From contig NC_068988.1 in assembly GCF_001194135.2 (NCBI RefSeq), positions 27,851,782 through 27,915,781 on the forward strand: a stretch of 64,000 nucleotides of DNA. Direction: 5' to 3'. Source of the DNA: Octopus bimaculoides (Eukaryota). The translations under genes were made by a program, and so were the position numbers. Positions 14,771-27,682 of this stretch are shown one piece after another. Every line of letters starts with the position of its first letter. The first letter of the stretch is position 1. Under the pieces are notes generated by a model that saw nothing but the letters and a program-made list of their open reading frames with translations, did no database searches and was not told the origin of the DNA.

Positions 14771-15450
14771 AGAAACTGTGCAGAAGCCTACCTTGTGTGT
14801 GTGTCTTTGTGATTGCGTTTGTCTCCCTAACCACTTGACAACTGGTGTCGGTTTGTTTACATCCCTATGAGTTATCAATTCGGTAAAAGAAACTGATAGA
14901 ATATGTACTGGGGTCAATTTGTTCAACTAAACCCCTGAAGGTGATGCTCCGGCATGGCCACAGTCCATTGACTGAAACAAGTAAAAGGCAAAAGGTTTTC
15001 TCTTATATAAATTTCAGGCATCACTTGTGAGTGAGCATGATTTGATAGCACATCCCCTACTTTTGCTAACCGTTTCAGGCACCTATACAATCATGAGCAG
15101 ATACCCTCTTGCCCCCCCCCCCCCNNNNNNNNNNNNNNNNNNNNNNNNNNNNNNNNNNNNNNNNNNNNNNNNNNNNNNNNNNNNNNNNNNNNNNNNNNNN
15201 NNNNNNNNNNNNNNNNNNNNNNNNNNNNNNNNNNNNNNNNNNNNNNNNNNNNNNNNNNNNNNNNNNNNNNNNNNNNNNNNNNNNNNNNNNNNNNNNNNNN
15301 NNNNNNNNNNNNNNNNNNNNNNNNNNNNNNNNNNNNNNNNNNNNNNNNNNNNNNNNNNNNNNNNNNNNNNNNNNNNNNNNNNNNNNNNNNNNNNNNNNNN
15401 NNNNNNNNNNNNNNNNNNNNNNNNNNNNNNNNNNNNNNNNNNNNNNNNNN

Positions 15451-15494
<44 letters not shown>

Positions 15495-16879
15495 CATGTG
15501 TGTGTCTATGTTTGCATCACTTTGTCTTGACATTGCGTGATTCTTGTAAATAAATCTTATTCATTTCCTCTTATATTCTACGAAAATATATATGGCCATG
15601 GGGGGAAATATTACTGTGTCTTGAAACAGGTAAGAAGTGGTGACAGGGAGAGCATTCAGCTTTAAAAAAATCTGTCTCAATTAACTATGTTTGACCCATC
15701 CAATCATGGAAAGGTGGACATTAAAATGATGATGATGATGATATTCATGTGTACAACCTTGTCATTTTAAGTGATTGCTAGACTGGTAGATTTTACAATA
15801 TAAACTACATGTCTCCCTTTCCTTGAATTCATTATGGGTTACCTTTCTTTCGAATGACCATGACATTGAAAAGTTGTGTGAAAAACGAGCCATGTGACTG
15901 GGATACATGTGTAGAAAACTGTATTCACATTCAGATAGAATGTACATTGTTAACTTTGCTTAATTAAGAGGAACCTTGAAAATTAATTCTTTTGTAGTCG
16001 ACTTTCATTGTGATTCAGTAAAACCAGTATTGTATAAAAAATTTTCTCATTACAGTAACACTAAAAATAAACCTTGATTGGGTTTTCAACACAGCAAAGA
16101 TAGAATTTAGATTGTAAGCATGAAGAATACTTTCAATGGGTTATATATATCATCATCATCATCGTTTTAATGTCGACTCTTCCATGCTTTCATAGACAAA
16201 AAAAAATTTGAGGCAGATTTTCTATGGTTAGATGCCCTTCTTGTCATCAACTCTTTCCTGTTTCCAGGAAATGTAATATGTCCCTGGATATATGTTTGTT
16301 AACAAGTGTGACAAGGAGACACAAACATGCACATGCGTGCACACATTGAGCTGGCAAAATTGTTAGTGTGCCAGACGAAATGCTTAGCGGTATTTCGCCT
16401 GTCGCTACATTGTGAGTTCAAATTCTGAGTCAGCTTTGCCTTTCATCCTTTCAGGGTCAATAAATGAAATACCAGTGACACACTGGGGTTGATGGAATCA
16501 ACTAGTTCCCTCCCTAACAATTTCAAGCCTTGTACCTATAGTAGAAAGGATTATTATTAGGCGCTACTTTGGTATGTTACCTATGTAACCAACATGATCT
16601 ACAAGAGTTAAATTCTACTTTAGTATGCGATCCACATGTTTCATTTATTTATTATGGCTTAAATAAAACATTCTTACATTTTTATGTGTTTATTTAAAAA
16701 AATTTAAATGAAGCAGATTTGAAACAAGTTTACTAATTTTATCAGTGAATCGAACAAAATTCAGCTAGAAAAGCTGTTCTTGTTAAGTATAACTTTTCTT
16801 GTTGTAGATCACAATATAAAGTGTATATCACATACCAAAGCAGTTTCATGACACGTAGATTGCATACCAAAGTAGCACC

Positions 16880-16929
<50 letters not shown>

Positions 16930-17685
16930 GTATGATGTCTTTGGTTTTATAATGCCCCTTGTGAAATTGTGATCAAGGCGGATACTTGAGTTTAACTTTT
17001 GGTTCTGTCACTAATAGATAATGTTAAGTAGTATGTCAATGATTTTCCAACCTTCCTTTCAAGCCAGCAGCACTCTTACTGGCTTGCTTTGTTGACAATC
17101 TCATAAATAATTATAATAGAAAAGATTGTCTTTTGAAATTTAAATAAAGTTGGAGTCTTCTATAGGAAAAAACTGCATGATGATACTTCAGGTTGAAAAC
17201 GCAATGCTTCCAAGATGGTTGTTGCTTGACCTGCNNNNNNNNNNNNNNNNNNNNNNNNNNNNNNNNNNNNNNNNNNNNNNNNNNNNNNNNNNNNNNNNNN
17301 NNNNNNNNNNNNNNNNNNNNNNNNNNNNNNNNNNNNNNNNNNNNNNNNNNNNNNNNNNNNNNNNNNNNNNNNNNNNNNNNNNNNNNNNNNNNNNNNNNNN
17401 NNNNNNNNNNNNNNNNNNNNNNNNNNNNNNNNNNNNNNNNNNNNNNNNNNNNNNNNNNNNNNNNNNNNNNNNNNNNNNNNNNNNNNNNNNNNNNNNNNNN
17501 NNNNNNNNNNNNNNNNNNNNNNNNNNNNNNNNNNNNNNNNNNNNNNNNNNNNNNNNNNNNNNNNNNNNNNNNNNNNNNNNNNNNNNNNNNNNNNNNNNNN
17601 NNNNNNNNNNNNNNNNNNNNNNNNNNNNNNNNNNNNNNNNNNNNNNNNNNNNNNNNNNNNNNNNNNNNNNNNNNNNNNNNNNNNN

Positions 17686-18050
17686 TGAAAGTACCCTTGA
17701 AGCATCGAGCGATATGATATGCTTGAGAAGACCTGTTGAGTCAAGTAAAATCGAAATCTTAGCCATGGCTAGTTCCCCCTTACTGGCTTCCATGCTGGTG
17801 GCACGTAAACTGCACCATCCAAACATGGTCAATGCCAGTGCCTGCTGACTGGCTCCCATGCCGGTGGCACATAAAAAGCACCCACTACACTCTTGGAGTG
17901 GTTTGTATTAGGAAGAGTATCCAGCTGTAGAAACATTTCCAGATCAGATTGGAGCCTGATGCAGCCCACTGGCTTGCCAGACCTCAGTCAAACCGTCCAA
18001 CCCATGCCAGCATGGAAAGCGGATTTTAAACAAGGATGTTGATGATGAAA
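17686..18050 (+). mobile_element. RTE 3' fragment (ORF end ...RYDMLEKT + UTR)
   Basis: Same family motifs; starts at a gap edge. Confidence 0.75.
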
Positions 18051-18384
18051 AGGTGGTGAGAAGGTAGAATTGTTAGAACATAAAGAGCTGGAAAAACACC
18101 ACTAAGCATTTTACCCAACATGCTGAGTTCAAATGCCACCAATGTTGGCCTTGCCTTTCATCCTCTTGGGGGTTGATAAAAAAAAAAGACATCAGTCAAG
18201 CACAGGGGGTTAATATCACTGACATACCTCTTTTCCTTAAAATTGCTAGCCCTGTGCTAAAATTTGAAGCCATTATCATCAAATAATATCCAATCTTTAA
18301 AATTTCGATATAAAACCATTTATAGTTTCTTGAGCTTTTGTTTTATAAATTATATTTTTTACCATAGTGTGTTAACTTGCACAA

Positions 18385-18595
18385 ACTTCTAAAGCACCAT
18401 CCGAACATGGCTGATGCCAGTGTCTCCTGGCTGGCTCCCATGTCAGTGGCATGTAAAAAGCACTGTCTGAATGTCATTGATGCCAGGCCTGCCTGACTGG
18501 CTCGTGTGCCAGTGGCCACTGGCTTTCTAGACCTCAGTCAAACTGTCCAACCCATGCCAGCATGAAAAACGGGCACTAAACGATGATGATGAAAT
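18385..18595 (+). mobile_element. RTE 3'-UTR fragment with internal deletion
   Basis: Homologous to 17810-18050; ends gatgatgatg. Confidence 0.7.
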
Positions 18596-19469
18596 ACAAT
18601 TAAAATTAACATGTCCATCCAATGAGGTCACTCTTGAATGATGGTCTCTTTGCTAGCTACTAGAAATAACCAGTTCTGTCTCAAATCACACCCTAACATT
18701 TGAAAGAGGGCAGGAGACATTGGATAATGTAATCCAAACTACCATATAAAATGACCAGGTAGTCACAGCTGGAAGGCTTTTAATAATAAGCTGGTTTGAT
18801 GAAACTGACCTGATCAGCCACAATACTATCCCCCCAACACACACACACACACACACATACACAGCCAGCCAGCCAAAGGTCAAGAGTGAGTTGTAATAGA
18901 GTTTAGTTTCATTGTCATTGGATATTTTATAAGAGAAGATTTTCATGTCTCAATATTTTGTATATTTACTTCTAATAGGCAATTGTGTTAACCATGGTGG
19001 TGGCTCAAGTAGTTTAGTCAGTGTATTCAGTATGAAAGTCTTGTGGCTGTGAATTCGTTCTTGTCTAACCCTGAACCTAACTATAAATCATTCTTGGCTT
19101 TCAATCATTAAGCAGAGAGTATAAAAGTTTTAAAAGAGTAGGTATTTATATAAAATTCATTTACATTATTATTTACTTGTAACCTATGACACGAGGCAAA
19201 CAAAACATGTTTGTGTTCTAACAAAGGCTATTATATATATAAATGTGATTTAATATATTTTAGTTGTCAAAATGGTTTAACTAAATGGCATGGAAGTTAT
19301 TAATTGCTTGAATTTTTTTTTTTTTGCTGTCACTTTAATTAGCTAAATTTGAGGATGTTCAGTGTCCAAAGCAAGTTTAGGTTGTTTTTTTTACAGTGGC
19401 CTGTGGGAATAATTGGATCATGTTTTAACAGTTTATGTATAATGTGATTTGCTGTATTTGAGAAGACAC

Positions 19470-19762
19470 TCCAAGCTAAGTAAAATTACTGTCATCCATA
19501 TATACAGGTTTCTCCTTTACAAGTGATGGTGCCACATAAAATGCACTCGTGCCAGTGCTGCATAGACACACCCATGTTGGTGGCACGTAAAAAGCACCCA
19601 GCACACTCTGTGAAGTGATTGATGTTAGGAAGGGCATCCGGCCATAAAAACCATGCCACAACAGGCAATTGGAGTCTGGACAACTCCCTAGCCAGTCAGC
19701 TCCATGTCAAACTGTCCAACCCATGCCAGTATGGAAAATAGACGTTAAATGGTGATGATGAA
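19470..19762 (+). mobile_element. RTE 3'-UTR fragment
   Basis: aaaagcacccagcacactc...ggaagggcatcc...ccaacccatgcc...gatgatga. Confidence 0.75.
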
Positions 19763-21579
19763 TTGTTAGTTTGGTTTGTGGTAAGAAAATCTTACCAGGA
19801 AATATGTTGTAAGGCATTCCACTTTGTAAGTAAGAGAAGTTAGGCAAATCTTTATTTTATAAAATAATGTCTTAGTATTTGTCAATTCACATATATATAT
19901 TTTTTTTATCTCGTATTTAAAGACATCTTACCAACATTGCTGCAAGAAATTAAAGTTAATTTTATTTAACATGTTATTTTAGTATTAGCCACAAACTTTT
20001 ATTAAAATGTACAACAAAGTATACAATTCGTTCACTTTCACTCACACATTCCAGGAAATTACTACATCATAACTTCTTAAGCAATGATTTCATGCATAAT
20101 AAAGCACGAGGTCATTGATTAGAAAATGAAAGATTGAGCCCAGTGAACAGCATAATCCAAGGTTGATAATGTACAGTGAATTACTAGGGCTGATATAATT
20201 GATGATATTTCTTTCTTAAATTTAAGGGCATATGTTAGCCTTGAGTATAGATAGCTGTTGAATTTTGGTTGCAAAATGTCAAGTTGTTTGGTAAGATGAA
20301 AAAAATGGATGGTATTGCAGGAAGTACTTTAGGATTCCGGGGAACGGAATCAAATATTAGACTGTCATAAGAGTAAAAGTAAAATTATAAAATACTGAAG
20401 CTAAACACTTATTTCCTATCAAATTATCCCTATTTAATAGCAAGTGTGTGTGTGTTTCCTCTTTGTTTTGTAATAGTTCAAAGCAGACAGAATACTTTTG
20501 ATTTTAATCGTCCAACCCGTGCTAGCATGGAAAGCGGACGTTAAACGATGATGATGATGATGATGATGATGAACACTGTAACAAAATTATTATTTTTTTT
20601 GTCTTTGGTCAGTTAGTGTTATTTCCCATTTGCTTCTATCCAGAAATCAAAGGAAACAACTGCTATTTCCCTTCAAACTTAGCTTTTGTGACCTGGACAT
20701 CAATGTTTTGAAACTGACCTATTTTCCATTACATTTCAGACAGATTCAGTGCTGAGTCGCTGAAACAGAAATAATTATAGCAAATATTCTACAAATATCC
20801 AATACCACAGATTTGTTGACCTTAAGCCCTTGAGCATGACTTTTGCTGGCTGACGATATGTGTATCTCTGATCATGAGCAGGAATGGTGGAGGAGCATTA
20901 TAGCCATGTGTTGAGGGGGATTCTTTGGGGTTTGAATGAATGTAACAAAAAGCAATTTTTCATACTTTCTAAGGGTCAGCAAAAGGAAATAACAGTTGCT
21001 ACGCAAGGACAAAAATCATGTTAGACAGTGTAATTCTTCATGGTAGTGCCCCAGCATGGCCACAATCCAATGACAAACAAATAAAAGATTATTTTAAAAA
21101 TTAAATGGAATAAATAAAGATCCTGCATTTCAGCAGGAATCAAGTTAAAAAAACAAAAAAAAATGTCAAGCCATATTTTCTTATATTTTAGAAATGTGCT
21201 GACTAATATTTTTGCGTTGGTTTAATTTAGACTCTTTGATAAAACCATAATTCCTGAAATTGTGCCAGTTATTGTACTTGTTTTTTTTTGTAGTTTTCAT
21301 GATACTAGTGTATATAAAACAACTAATTGACTTTTGAAATATTAATACTATTTCTTGAACAATATTCCGATAAGCAGTCATGAATACTGACACTGTTTAA
21401 TAATGTAGACAATATTGATTCTTATGACTTGTATCCTTTGTTTTTCTTGTGCAGCGTATCAAGTTTCCTCTGAAAGCATTTTCTTTTTACAATTTAAAAT
21501 TTAAACTTACTTTGGACATTATCATTTAAAAAAAAATTACTAAAATTGAATTTGTGTATTTAATATTATTTCCAGTGTT

Positions 21580-22004
21580 AAGGTGGTGAGCTGGTAGAAT
21601 TGCAAGCATGCCCAGGGAAACGTTTACTGGGATTTTGTCTGTCTGTGTTCAAATTCCACCAAAGTCGACTTTGTCTTTCATCCTGTCAGGGTCAATAATA
21701 TAAGTACCAGTTGAGTACTAGGGTCACTTTAATCAACCAACTCCCTCTCCTGAAATTGCTGGCCTTGTGCCAAAATTTGAAATCAGTATTGTTTCAAATG
21801 ATGGAACAAGCCAGCAAATTTAGGGGAGGGTGTTAAACAATACGCTTGACCCCAGTGTTTAACTGGTACTTATTTTATCGAGCCTGATTGGATGAAATGC
21901 AAAGTTGACCTCAGTGGAATTTGAACTCGGAACATAAAGAGCTGGAAGAAATGCAGCTATATATTTTTTCTAAGGCTCTAATTATTCTGGCAATTAGTCA
22001 TCTT
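21580..22004. mobile_element. Tail-to-tail inverted pair of family A SINEs
   Basis: + copy ~21580-21782 and - copy ~21792-22004, meeting at TTTGAAA-tcagtattg-TTTCAAA. Confidence 0.8.
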
Positions 22005-22863
22005 ATTTATGCTTTTAATATTAATATAAATAATTTGAGAGAAAGCCAAAATGTATTATATGTATTTAAAAATAATAACATGAATATTGGCGAAAATTGT
22101 AATAAACATCACTAGTTAAAGCAAAACGAACAGTATATAACTGTTTTGGTTAATAGTAATTTCATTGAAGAAAAAGCCTTGAGATAAATTATTGAAGCAA
22201 ACAAAAAAATAAAATCATATTTCGCTTTCTCCTCTCATGAGGCAGTTTCTCCCACACTGAAGCAGACTTGAATGGTATAGAAGAAGTTGGTCAGTGTAAA
22301 TTATATATTTAGAGATTTGGCAACAACTAGAATACCATTTTTAGCTAGAGAGAAGAGAAGAAGATAATACAATCTTTTTGATATCTTTTATGTTAAAGAT
22401 GAACAAGAAGCTGTGTGATCTATTCTGGTTTATAAAGCAAAATTTAGCTATTGAAAATTTGTTTTTAATGTTGTCATTACAGAGAAAAGGAATTAACTTG
22501 TATAAATGATATACTTGATCTTAAGCTGAGCCAACATAAAAATAACTTTTGAAACTATTGAGAAATTAGAGCAGGAGTTAATGAATCGAAAACCAATAAA
22601 CCTACTTGAACACTTGAAGATTGTTGGAGAGCTATTGAATATATTAATACAGATATTTCATCATCTTCATGCTTGCATGGGATGGATGAAATTTCTTGAG
22701 GCAGATTTTCTATGGTTGGATGCCCTTCTTGTCACCAAACATTACTTTTTTCTAAGCAAAGTAATATTTTTATTTTTGAAAACCAGTCGATGTATTCCAC
22801 TGAATTTAGGTAAATAATCCTTCATACAGACGGTCAGTAGCAACGCCTGCTGGGTTCAGCTGC

Positions 22864-23218
22864 TCTACATTGATAAGGGGCAATACCCCGAAACTAGTCT
22901 GTGTGGAGGTGCAATGGCCCAGTGGTTAGGGCAGCGGACTCGCGGTCGGAGGATCGCGGTTTCAATTCCCAGACCGGCCGTTGTGAGTGTTTATTGAGCG
23001 AAAACACCTAAGGTCCACGAGGCTCCGGCAGGGGGTGGTGGCGACCCCTATTGTACTCTTTCGCCCCAACTTTCTCTCACTCTTTCTTCCTGTTTCTTGA
23101 GTAACGCTGTGATGGATTGGCGTCCCATCCAGCTGGGGGGAACACATACGCCATAGAAACCGGGAAACCGGGCCCATGAGCCTGGCTAGGCTTTGAAAGG
23201 GCAAAAAAAGTCTGTAGA
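22864..23218 (+). ncRNA. Decayed minimal type I hammerhead motif interrupted by a SINE
   Basis: TCTACA-TTGATAA-GGGG-CAATA-CCCC-GAAA-CTAG-TC-TGT[SINE]; removing the SINE and one TSD copy restores stem I' TGTAGA (23213-23218), complementary to TCTACA. Core has two transitions relative to CTGATGA. Confidence 0.6.
22903..23208 (+). mobile_element. Young GC-rich tRNA-derived SINE with A-tail and 7-bp TSD AGTCTGT
   Basis: A box TGGCCCAGTGG, B-box-like GGTTTCAATTCC, non-tRNA body (GATGGATTGGCGTCCCATCCAG), oligo-A end; AGTCTGT at 22896-22902 and 23209-23215. Confidence 0.8.
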
Positions 23219-24256
23219 TGCTAGACCAGCAAGGGGAAGTGGCTGACCTCCCCTGTTCGGAGGTTATAATGGACACAGGGCCTCTTGGAGCTAATCAATG
23301 GTAGCATTTGTCCTATTTTTTGGACTGCCATGTTGGCTTGGCGATAACTATTAATAACTATATCCTATGTTTTCATTGTAATCTTCTGGATGTACCAATG
23401 GTGGAAGACAGGACGTGTTGTGGGGAAGAAAGGAGCTTAAAAAGTAGTTGGTAAATAAAGGGTCTTGTGAGAGATAACTATAGAGACATGTGATGCAAAT
23501 TCACAGCCTCTGCTGTTGGCTGAATGGAAAAAGTGTCTTGTGTTATGCATGGAAAGAGTTTTTAGCATAGAAGATATGTAAAGGAGTGGTGAATTAATGT
23601 TGGTCACCATAGACTAGATGACTCATTATTGAGAGGAGTGGTAATATGTTGTACTGCAGAGCTGTCAATATAGAAAAATGATGGTAAATGATAATGAAGA
23701 AAAAGAAATTGATATAAGTTAGATACAGTGTTATATTTTATGCTAATGAAATATTGGATCTGAGTTTGATCTGATCATGTTGTTTAGCTGCAGGTCAGCT
23801 GAGTCGAGCAAACTTTATAATCGAAGCACCGTTTTCATTTTAGATATAGTTTCTCAGACTACATTATCCAATGTGTCCTCCCTTTTGAAGACAGCAATAT
23901 AGTTTGAGGAATTTGGCTGCTATTTCTGGTAGGTTGATTGACCACAGTCATGCCTCTTCATTGTTTTATTGTATGTATATGCTAGATGAAATAGTCAGAC
24001 TGCAACTGATATGAAACAAGGTCTGGTCATTTGAGGCATCAGTCATTGTGATGGTATTTTTTTAAATATATCTTTTAGTCTGTGGAAGAAGGGCATCGAT
24101 CATGACATTTTTCAGTGCTTCTGGCACAGGTGGAAAAAAATGAAGAATAATCTCCAAACCAGAAGCCTAGCCTGAAAACTTACAACTGAGTTGGATCCAG
24201 CTAAGGACAGCCAAGGGTCACATGGTGGTGTTAAAGGTTGTGTGTGCAAATATTAA

Positions 24257-24864
24257 CCCTTTAGCATTTAAACCAGTCATATCCAACCCAATTATTCTAC
24301 TTATTTATGCTCAAACTGACTAGATCTGGTCTCTCACACCTTCCCTACTATGTCATTCTAGAAATAAATAATCATATCATTATGATCCTTTTGCTACAAG
24401 ATAACACACAATTAATTCAAAATGATCATTGCCAGAGCAGCTGTCTGGCTTCCGTGCCACTGGCACTTAAATAGCACCATTTGAGTGTGATCATTACCAG
24501 CGTCGCCTTACTGGCAGTTGTGCCAGTGGCATGTGAACAAAACATTTGAGCGAGGTTGTTGCCAGTGCCGTTGGACTGGTTCCTGTGCAGGTGGCACGTA
24601 AAAAACACCATTTTGTGCGTGGTCGTTGCCAGTACCACCTGACTGGCCCTCGTGCCAGGAGGACATAAAAGCACCCACTACGCTCTCGGAGTGGTTGGCG
24701 TTAGAAAGGGCATCCAGCTGTAGAAACTCTGCCAGATCAGACTGGAGCCTGGTGCAGCCATCTGGTTCGCCGGTCCTCAGTCAAATCGTCCAACCCATGC
24801 TAGCATGGAAAGTGGACGTTAAACGATGATGATGATGTGATGGGGTAATTTGAATGCTAAAGGG
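24257..24864. mobile_element. piggyBac-like MITE (TTAA target) containing a nested RTE copy
   Basis: TTAA-CCCTTTAGCATT ... AATGCTAAAGGG-CTAA. Confidence 0.75.
24425..24838 (+). mobile_element. RTE 3'-UTR copy nested inside a piggyBac-like MITE
   Basis: Near-consensus family sequence with internal gtgcc(a/g)gtggcacgt repeats and (GAT)n tail. Confidence 0.8.
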
Positions 24865-25109
24865 CTAATGGACATGGGTAGGGCAAGGAAATTAAAAAGC
24901 CCACTCTGCAATCATGAGGTCTTATGTTTTGATCCTACTTTGCAGCACTTTGGACAAATGTTTCCAACAGTAGCCTTGGCCCAATAGAAAGAGGTTACGA
25001 GAACTGATTTGTCTGTTACATCACCAGCAAAAATGTACTCAGCACAGTGAAAGTTATACTAAATGTAGGATAACCTGTATGTATTATATTGAATGATATT
25101 GGGCAATAC

Positions 25110-25750
25110 GGATCTTGTTCAAAACGGGGGCACCAGTATTTTCTTAACGAAACACTTTGAAACTTGGGACACTGGTAGAATGTGTCATATAAAACATCTT
25201 TTTCTCTTAGTCTTCTTAACAAAAAAATGTACATCGCAAGTTATTTCATGTTAAAGTTGTCGTATTTCTGTAATTTCAACCAATGACTGACATCCATTCA
25301 GCCGTAAAAATTAAGTGCTGACTATGTAAACAAACGATTCGCGGCGGTGATAAAATTATTATTTCCTTGTCAAAAAGTGGCTGAAGCATATTGGCAGTAG
25401 CTAATAAACCTTTCTATTATAGGCACAAGGCATGGTTTTTGATGGAAGGAGCAAGTCGGTTAGGGAAAACGAATACATGTGTGTTGCCTCTGCAAAATCT
25501 CAGAAGTAATGGAGATTAAATACGCTTTACACCGCTTAGGAGTAACTGTAAACAGCTGAATACTTGTCAGTGATTGGTTGAAATTATCGAAATAAGACAA
25601 TTTTTTACATGAAATAAATCCGAATACAAACATTTTTTTCTGTTCTATAACACAAAATAGATACGTATATGAAGTTTGAAAGTCTTTCAGTACCAAAAAC
25701 ACTACATAAAACATTAGTGAAAACTGGTGCCCCTGTTTTGAACAAGATCC
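25110..25750. mobile_element. 641-bp DNA-transposon MITE with GG-ended long TIRs and 8-bp TSD GGCAATAC (Merlin-like)
   Basis: TIR GGATCTTGTTCAAAAC(G/A)GGGGCACCAGT, 27 of 28 identical; subterminal inverted homology (ttatttcatgt...aatttcaaccaat.actgac); TSD at 25102-25109 and 25751-25758. Confidence 0.85.
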
Positions 25751-25808
25751 GGCAATACTCATTGGGTGAAGATTGCTAAATGTGAGGCAGGGTCAAAGTA
25801 GACTAGAT

Positions 25809-26098
25809 CAGTGCTTCTCACACTATTTGATGTGGTGTACTGGCAATTTATTTTTCTCCAATGTGCCAGGAACCGGTAATGTTTCTTAGTAATATTAATT
25901 TATACCAGAAACTATATAATGAATATAATAAAAGTTGACAATTTTTTTTTTTTAATCTAATATTTATTTTGTAAACAAATAATACAGTATTACATAAGCA
26001 TTTTATAATGTTTCTTTTTCTGGAAACTCACCGTGTACTGACAGCTGATGGCTCGCAGACTGGTGTCCGTCCGGAGACCACCACTTTGAGAAGCACTG
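25809..26098. mobile_element. 290-bp hAT (Charlie-type) MITE with 8-bp TSD GACTAGAT
   Basis: TIR CAGTGCTTCTCA at both ends; TSD at 25801-25808 and 26099-26106 fits the NNCTAGNN preference of hAT-Charlie elements. Confidence 0.9.
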
Positions 26099-26409
26099 GA
26101 CTAGATCTTAAAAAGTCATGAAGTACATCATATACATGAATAAATGCAACATGTAACTTTTTCAACCTAATACAAATGAAAACCAATGATGGCACGCATT
26201 ATAAAATATTTAGTGATTAATATATGTTTCTTATATAATTACATTTAACTTGTCGGATGCAGTGTAGAAATTAAAAAAGAAAAATAGATGTTAAAGTAAA
26301 ATTGTTTTCTCAAGCCTTCTTCCATATTTAATAATCAATTTCTTCAAACTCATAATTTATACACATGTAGTCTCTCTCTCTCTCTCTCTCTCTCACACAT
26401 ATATATATT

Positions 26410-27100
26410 AAAAGCACCCACTACACTCTCTGAGTGGTTGGCGTTAGGAAGGGCATCCAGATCATCCAGCTGTAGAAACACTGCCAAATCAGATTGGAGC
26501 CTGGTGTAGCCATCTGGTTTCACCAGTCCTCAGTCAAATCGTCCAACCCATGCTAGCATGGAAAGCGGACGTTAAATGACGATGATGATGATGTATANNN
26601 NNNNNNNNNNNNNNNNNNNNNNNNNNNNNNNNNNNNNNNNNNNNNNNNNNNCATATATATATTAAAAGCACCCACTACACTCTCTGAGTGGTTGGCGTTA
26701 GGAAGGGCATCCAGATCATCCAGCTGTAGAAACACTGCCAAATCAGATTGGAGCCTGGTGTAGCCATCTGGTTTCACCAGTCCTCAGTCAAATCGTCCAA
26801 CCCATGCTAGCATGGAAAGCGGACGTTAAATGACGATGATGATGATGTATAGGTGGCACGTAAAATACACCATTTTGTGCATGGCCGTTGCCAGTATCGC
26901 CTGACTGGCCTTCATGCCGGTGGCACGTAAAAGCACCCACTACACTCTCAGAGTGGTTGGCGTTAGGAAGGGCATCCAGCTGCAGAAACTCTGCCAGATC
27001 AGATTGGAGTCTGGTGTAGCCACCTGGTTCACCAGTCCTCAGTCAAATTGTCCAACCCATGGTAGCATGGAAAGCGGACATTAAACAATGATGATAATGA
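26410..27100 (+). mobile_element. Three tandem RTE 3'-UTR copies (first two identical across an N-gap)
   Basis: About 26400-26597 and 26653-26850 appear base-identical, including a private gatcatcc insertion; the third copy is diverged. Confidence 0.8.
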
Positions 27101-27682
27101 TGGACTCTCCTATCAGTTTCGACGTATGAGGATCCAATAACCTACTCTTTCTTTGTCAGTCATAATGCCTATGTCGAATGTGGCATTTAAGTCCTGCCAA
27201 TGATTTGTAAAGAATCCCACAGATCCTGCAATGTATATGTTTATGTGTGTGTGTAACTGTCATGCAAGATGTCTCTTTCATTTCCATTCTTCTGTGAAAG
27301 CATGTTTGGTTATGGATAAATATTATCTTGCTTGGAAACAACTGAGGGTCGGTGACAGGAAGAGCATCCTTCTGAAAAAAAAATTCGCCTCAACAAAATT
27401 TTGTCCAGCCAATACAAACATAGAAAAGTGGATGTTATGATGATGGCGATGATGAATGACCATTCTTGAAATTCACATTATTGCAATTTTGTAGTAAAAT
27501 TCTAAATGTTTGTAATTATAAGTGATATATGTCACTATAAAGTGGTAGACAGAAGAAAAGACAAGTAAATCTGAATTACAAGTATAAAGTTATTATCTAT
27601 CATTTTCTTGATTGCAGAAATACATCTGCCTAATCTGTGGTAGCTTCATAATATCAACATTAAATTCTGAAGACTGCTTGTA

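Noticed and set aside
22905-22975. tRNA-like sequence with A and B boxes
   Set aside because: It continues into a SINE body with A-tail and TSD and has no proper acceptor stem; it is a SINE head, not a tRNA gene.
26400-26850. Perfect tandem duplication of ~200 bp
   Set aside because: The identical copies flank an N-gap and share a private insertion; most likely an unmerged contig overlap (assembly artefact).
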